From: an uncultured Clostridium sp. | GTDB taxonomy: Bacteria > Bacillota > Clostridia > TANB77 > CAG-508 | Direction: 5' to 3' | Assembly (NCBI GenBank): GCA_946498265.1 | Contig: CAMMNR010000001.1 | Coordinates: 1-36,492 of the forward strand | DNA length: 36,492 nucleotides | Shown here: in pieces, positions 35,101-36,492 of the stretch | How positions within the stretch are numbered: the first letter of the stretch is position 1 | How the letters are laid out: every line of letters begins with the position of its first letter | Notes under the pieces: model-generated | The model's database searches: none | The model's input: only the letters and a program-made list of their open reading frames with translations | What the model was told of the DNA's origin: nothing | Made by a program: the position numbers and the translations under genes

Positions 35101-36470
35101 AGGAAAAATTAGAAGAAAAAGCTGATGGCGATTATGGAATTAAGAAAAAAATCTTTACTAAAGAAATGAGAGATGAATATACTATCCTTATGCCTCAAAT
35201 GGCACCTATTCATTTTGATTTATTAGAAAGTGCTGTAAGATCTTGTGGATATAAAGTTGAATTATTAAGGGAATGCACTCAAAAAACAGTTGAAACAGGA
35301 TTAAAATATGTAAATAATGATGCATGTTATCCATCAATATTAACAACGGGTCAAATGATAGAAGCTCTTCAATCTGGAAAATATGATTTAAATAAAACGG
35401 CATTAATAATGTCTCAAACAGGTGGTGGATGTAGAGCTACAAACTATATAGGATTTATCCGTAAGGCCCTAAAAGATGCTGGATTTTCAAATATCCCTGT
35501 AATATCATTTAATATTGTTGGTATGGAAAAAATGCCAGGTTTTAAACTTACTATTCCTTTATTAGAAAAGCTATTGAAAACTGTAATATATGGCGATTTA
35601 TTACAAAAAATGTTAACTAAAAATAGAGCTTATGAAGTTAATAAAGGTGAAACTCAAAAATTATTTGATAATTGGATGGAAAAATGCAAAAAATTATTAC
35701 AAAAATCTTCTAATAAAGAATTTAAACAAAGTATTTATGATATTGTAAATGATTTTGAAAAAATTGAATTAGATACAACTACACAAAAGCCTCGTGTTGG
35801 AATAGTTGGTGAGGTATTGATAAAATACCATCCTTTTGGAAATAACTATGTTGCAAATCTATTAGAACAAGAAGGTGCTGAAGTAATATTGCCAGACTTT
35901 ATGGGATTTGTAAAATTTATGGCAACACATAAAATTACATTTAATAATTTATTAAATACAAATAAAACATCTTCAAAATTAATGAAAGTAGCAATAAAAT
36001 TAATTGATTTATTAGAAAAAGATGTAAAAATTGCATTAGCAAATTCTAAAAAAGGATATTTACAACCATGTGATATTTGGCACTTAGAAGATAAAGTAAA
36101 AGATGTATTATCAATAGGAAATCAAACTGGTGAAGGTTGGTTTTTAACTGCTGAAATGATTGAATATATTGAAAACGATATTCCAAATATTGTTTGTGTT
36201 CAACCTTTTGCTTGCTTACCTAATCATGTTGTTGGAAAAGGAGTTATTAAAACTATTAGAAGTATTTATCCTGATGCAAATATTTCTCCAGTTGATTATG
36301 ACCCTGGTGCTAGCGAAACTAACCAAACTAATAGAATTAAACTTTTAATGACTGTTGCTAAAGATAATTTGAAAGAAAAAGAAAAACATATAAAAGCTCT
36401 AGAAATGGAAAATGCTAAAACTCAAACTTCAGAAAATAAATCTTCTTTAATTAAAGATATCAATAAATAA
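32130..36470 (+). CDS. Giant fusion protein: two BcrAD/BadFG-type (ASKHA) activase ATPase modules, a Cys cluster, and DUF2229/2-hydroxyacyl-CoA-dehydratase-like C-terminal modules
   Basis: LHVGLDVGSTTVKI and YLGIDAGSTTTKIV phosphate-1 motifs about 320 aa apart. CNRCENHC...C cluster at 33957-34037. C-terminal dehydratase-like regions (CYPAK, NSFGCGVD, NNDACYPS, GGGCRATNY, QPFACLPNH). The ATG at 32130 has AAAGGAG 8 nt upstream. Confidence 0.85.
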   Translation: MENILHVGLDVGSTTVKIIVMDDNKNTIYKDYQRHFSDTKNTVCNVLENLLKMYPSNSFTLALTGSGAMSAAKFLGVDFIQEVVSCKRAVEKYIPKTDVVIELGGEDAKIIYFDQSIEQRMNGTCAGGTGAFLDQMASLLHTDTAGLNELAKNYTTIYPIASRCGVFAKTDIQPLINEGAAKEDIAASIFQAVVNQTISGLACGRPIRGHVAFLGGPLNYLSELRTRFIETLHLKDDEIIVPEEAHLLVAKGAALDSFDTEVITTTQLEQKIENLRNSHDNTSHPLDPLFKTKDEYERFKERHNKAKVERANIENYSGDCYLGIDAGSTTTKIVLIDKDGKLLYSLYGSNEGNPLKSVMNMLKQLYKVLPKKAILRYSGVTGYGEKLIQTALNVDLNEIETIAHYTAAKTFEPDVTSIVDIGGQDMKYIRMKNGSIDNIMLNEACSSGCGSFIETFAKSLNLDISEFVKEAINAKRPVDLGSRCTVFMNSKIKQAQKEGYSVGDISSGLSYSVIKNAIQKVMKVRDVETLGDHIVVQGGTFYNDAVLRAFELIVGKNVIRPDIAGLMGAYGMALLSKEQYEANLDMEHVSTILRTDDIDKLEIKVTHTRCNRCENHCKLTINKFSNGQIHVSGNRCEKGAGIVTKSEPLPNLVQYKFERIFNYKPLEEKDAPRGTIGIPRVLNMYEDYPFWFTFLTSLGFRVILSEKSTRATYEKGMESMPSESVCYPAKLSHGHIESLLEQGIKTIFYPCMPYSRKEYEKADNHYNCPIVISYSEVLKNNVEGLKNPEIKFINPFLPFDKKNLVKKVLELDEFKEYKFTKSELNEAVDKAEAEYQKCKNDIRQKGSETVKYIEEHNLKGIVLAGRPYHVDPEINHGIDTLITSLGLCVLTEDSVSDKTEAKRPLRVVDQWVYHARLYAAADFVGKHDNLELVQLNSFGCGVDAVTTDQVEEILSSYDKMYTLIKIDEVNNLGAVRIRIRSLLASMKKREKEKLEEKADGDYGIKKKIFTKEMRDEYTILMPQMAPIHFDLLESAVRSCGYKVELLRECTQKTVETGLKYVNNDACYPSILTTGQMIEALQSGKYDLNKTALIMSQTGGGCRATNYIGFIRKALKDAGFSNIPVISFNIVGMEKMPGFKLTIPLLEKLLKTVIYGDLLQKMLTKNRAYEVNKGETQKLFDNWMEKCKKLLQKSSNKEFKQSIYDIVNDFEKIELDTTTQKPRVGIVGEVLIKYHPFGNNYVANLLEQEGAEVILPDFMGFVKFMATHKITFNNLLNTNKTSSKLMKVAIKLIDLLEKDVKIALANSKKGYLQPCDIWHLEDKVKDVLSIGNQTGEGWFLTAEMIEYIENDIPNIVCVQPFACLPNHVVGKGVIKTIRSIYPDANISPVDYDPGASETNQTNRIKLLMTVAKDNLKEKEKHIKALEMENAKTQTSENKSSLIKDINK

Positions 36471-36492
36471 TTACAAAATTATCATTTTTCAT

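Overview
The window is very AT-rich (about 25-30% GC, estimated by eye) and looks like chromosome from an endospore-forming Firmicute of clostridial type. I found no complete, recognisable new multi-gene system such as a defence island, CRISPR array, integrase or relaxase.

Layout:
- 1-3940: fragment of a conjugative transfer region. It has a 900-bp AT-rich non-coding tract, a frameshifted VirD4/TraG coupling-protein gene, and two unknown small ORFs driven by a perfect consensus promoter.
- 3955-36470: mostly core genome.
  - Cell wall: ddl, murF, murA, a VanW-family gene, a UgtP/MGDG-synthase-like gene, a phosphoglucomutase and a UDP-sugar pyrophosphorylase.
  - Sporulation and germination: an alpha/beta SASP missing from the ORF track, sleB-like/ypeB, spoIIR, spmA/spmB, a GerM-like gene and abrB.
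  - The conserved block tadA, SRP RNA, dnaX, ybaB, recR.
  - RNA-modification genes: rlmH, rsmI, a trmN6-like gene, a frameshifted ttcA-like gene, and tRNA-Arg(CCU).
  - A 1446-aa double-activase/dehydratase-like fusion protein of unknown substrate.

The signals most worth a second look are non-coding:
- A family of GC-rich palindromic elements sharing a GGGGACG core. It includes an exact 29-nt inverted pair directly upstream of the giant gene's promoter.
- A 420-bp nested inverted-repeat element between vanW and ypeB.
- About 2.7 copies of a 107-bp AT-only tandem repeat between trmN6 and rsmI.
- A duplicated 26-mer carrying tandem Spo0A-box-like sites.
- Two single-base frameshifts that share the same local context.
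- A single-chain double AbrB-fold protein.

All calls come from reading the sequence and recalling protein families; nothing was computed or searched.
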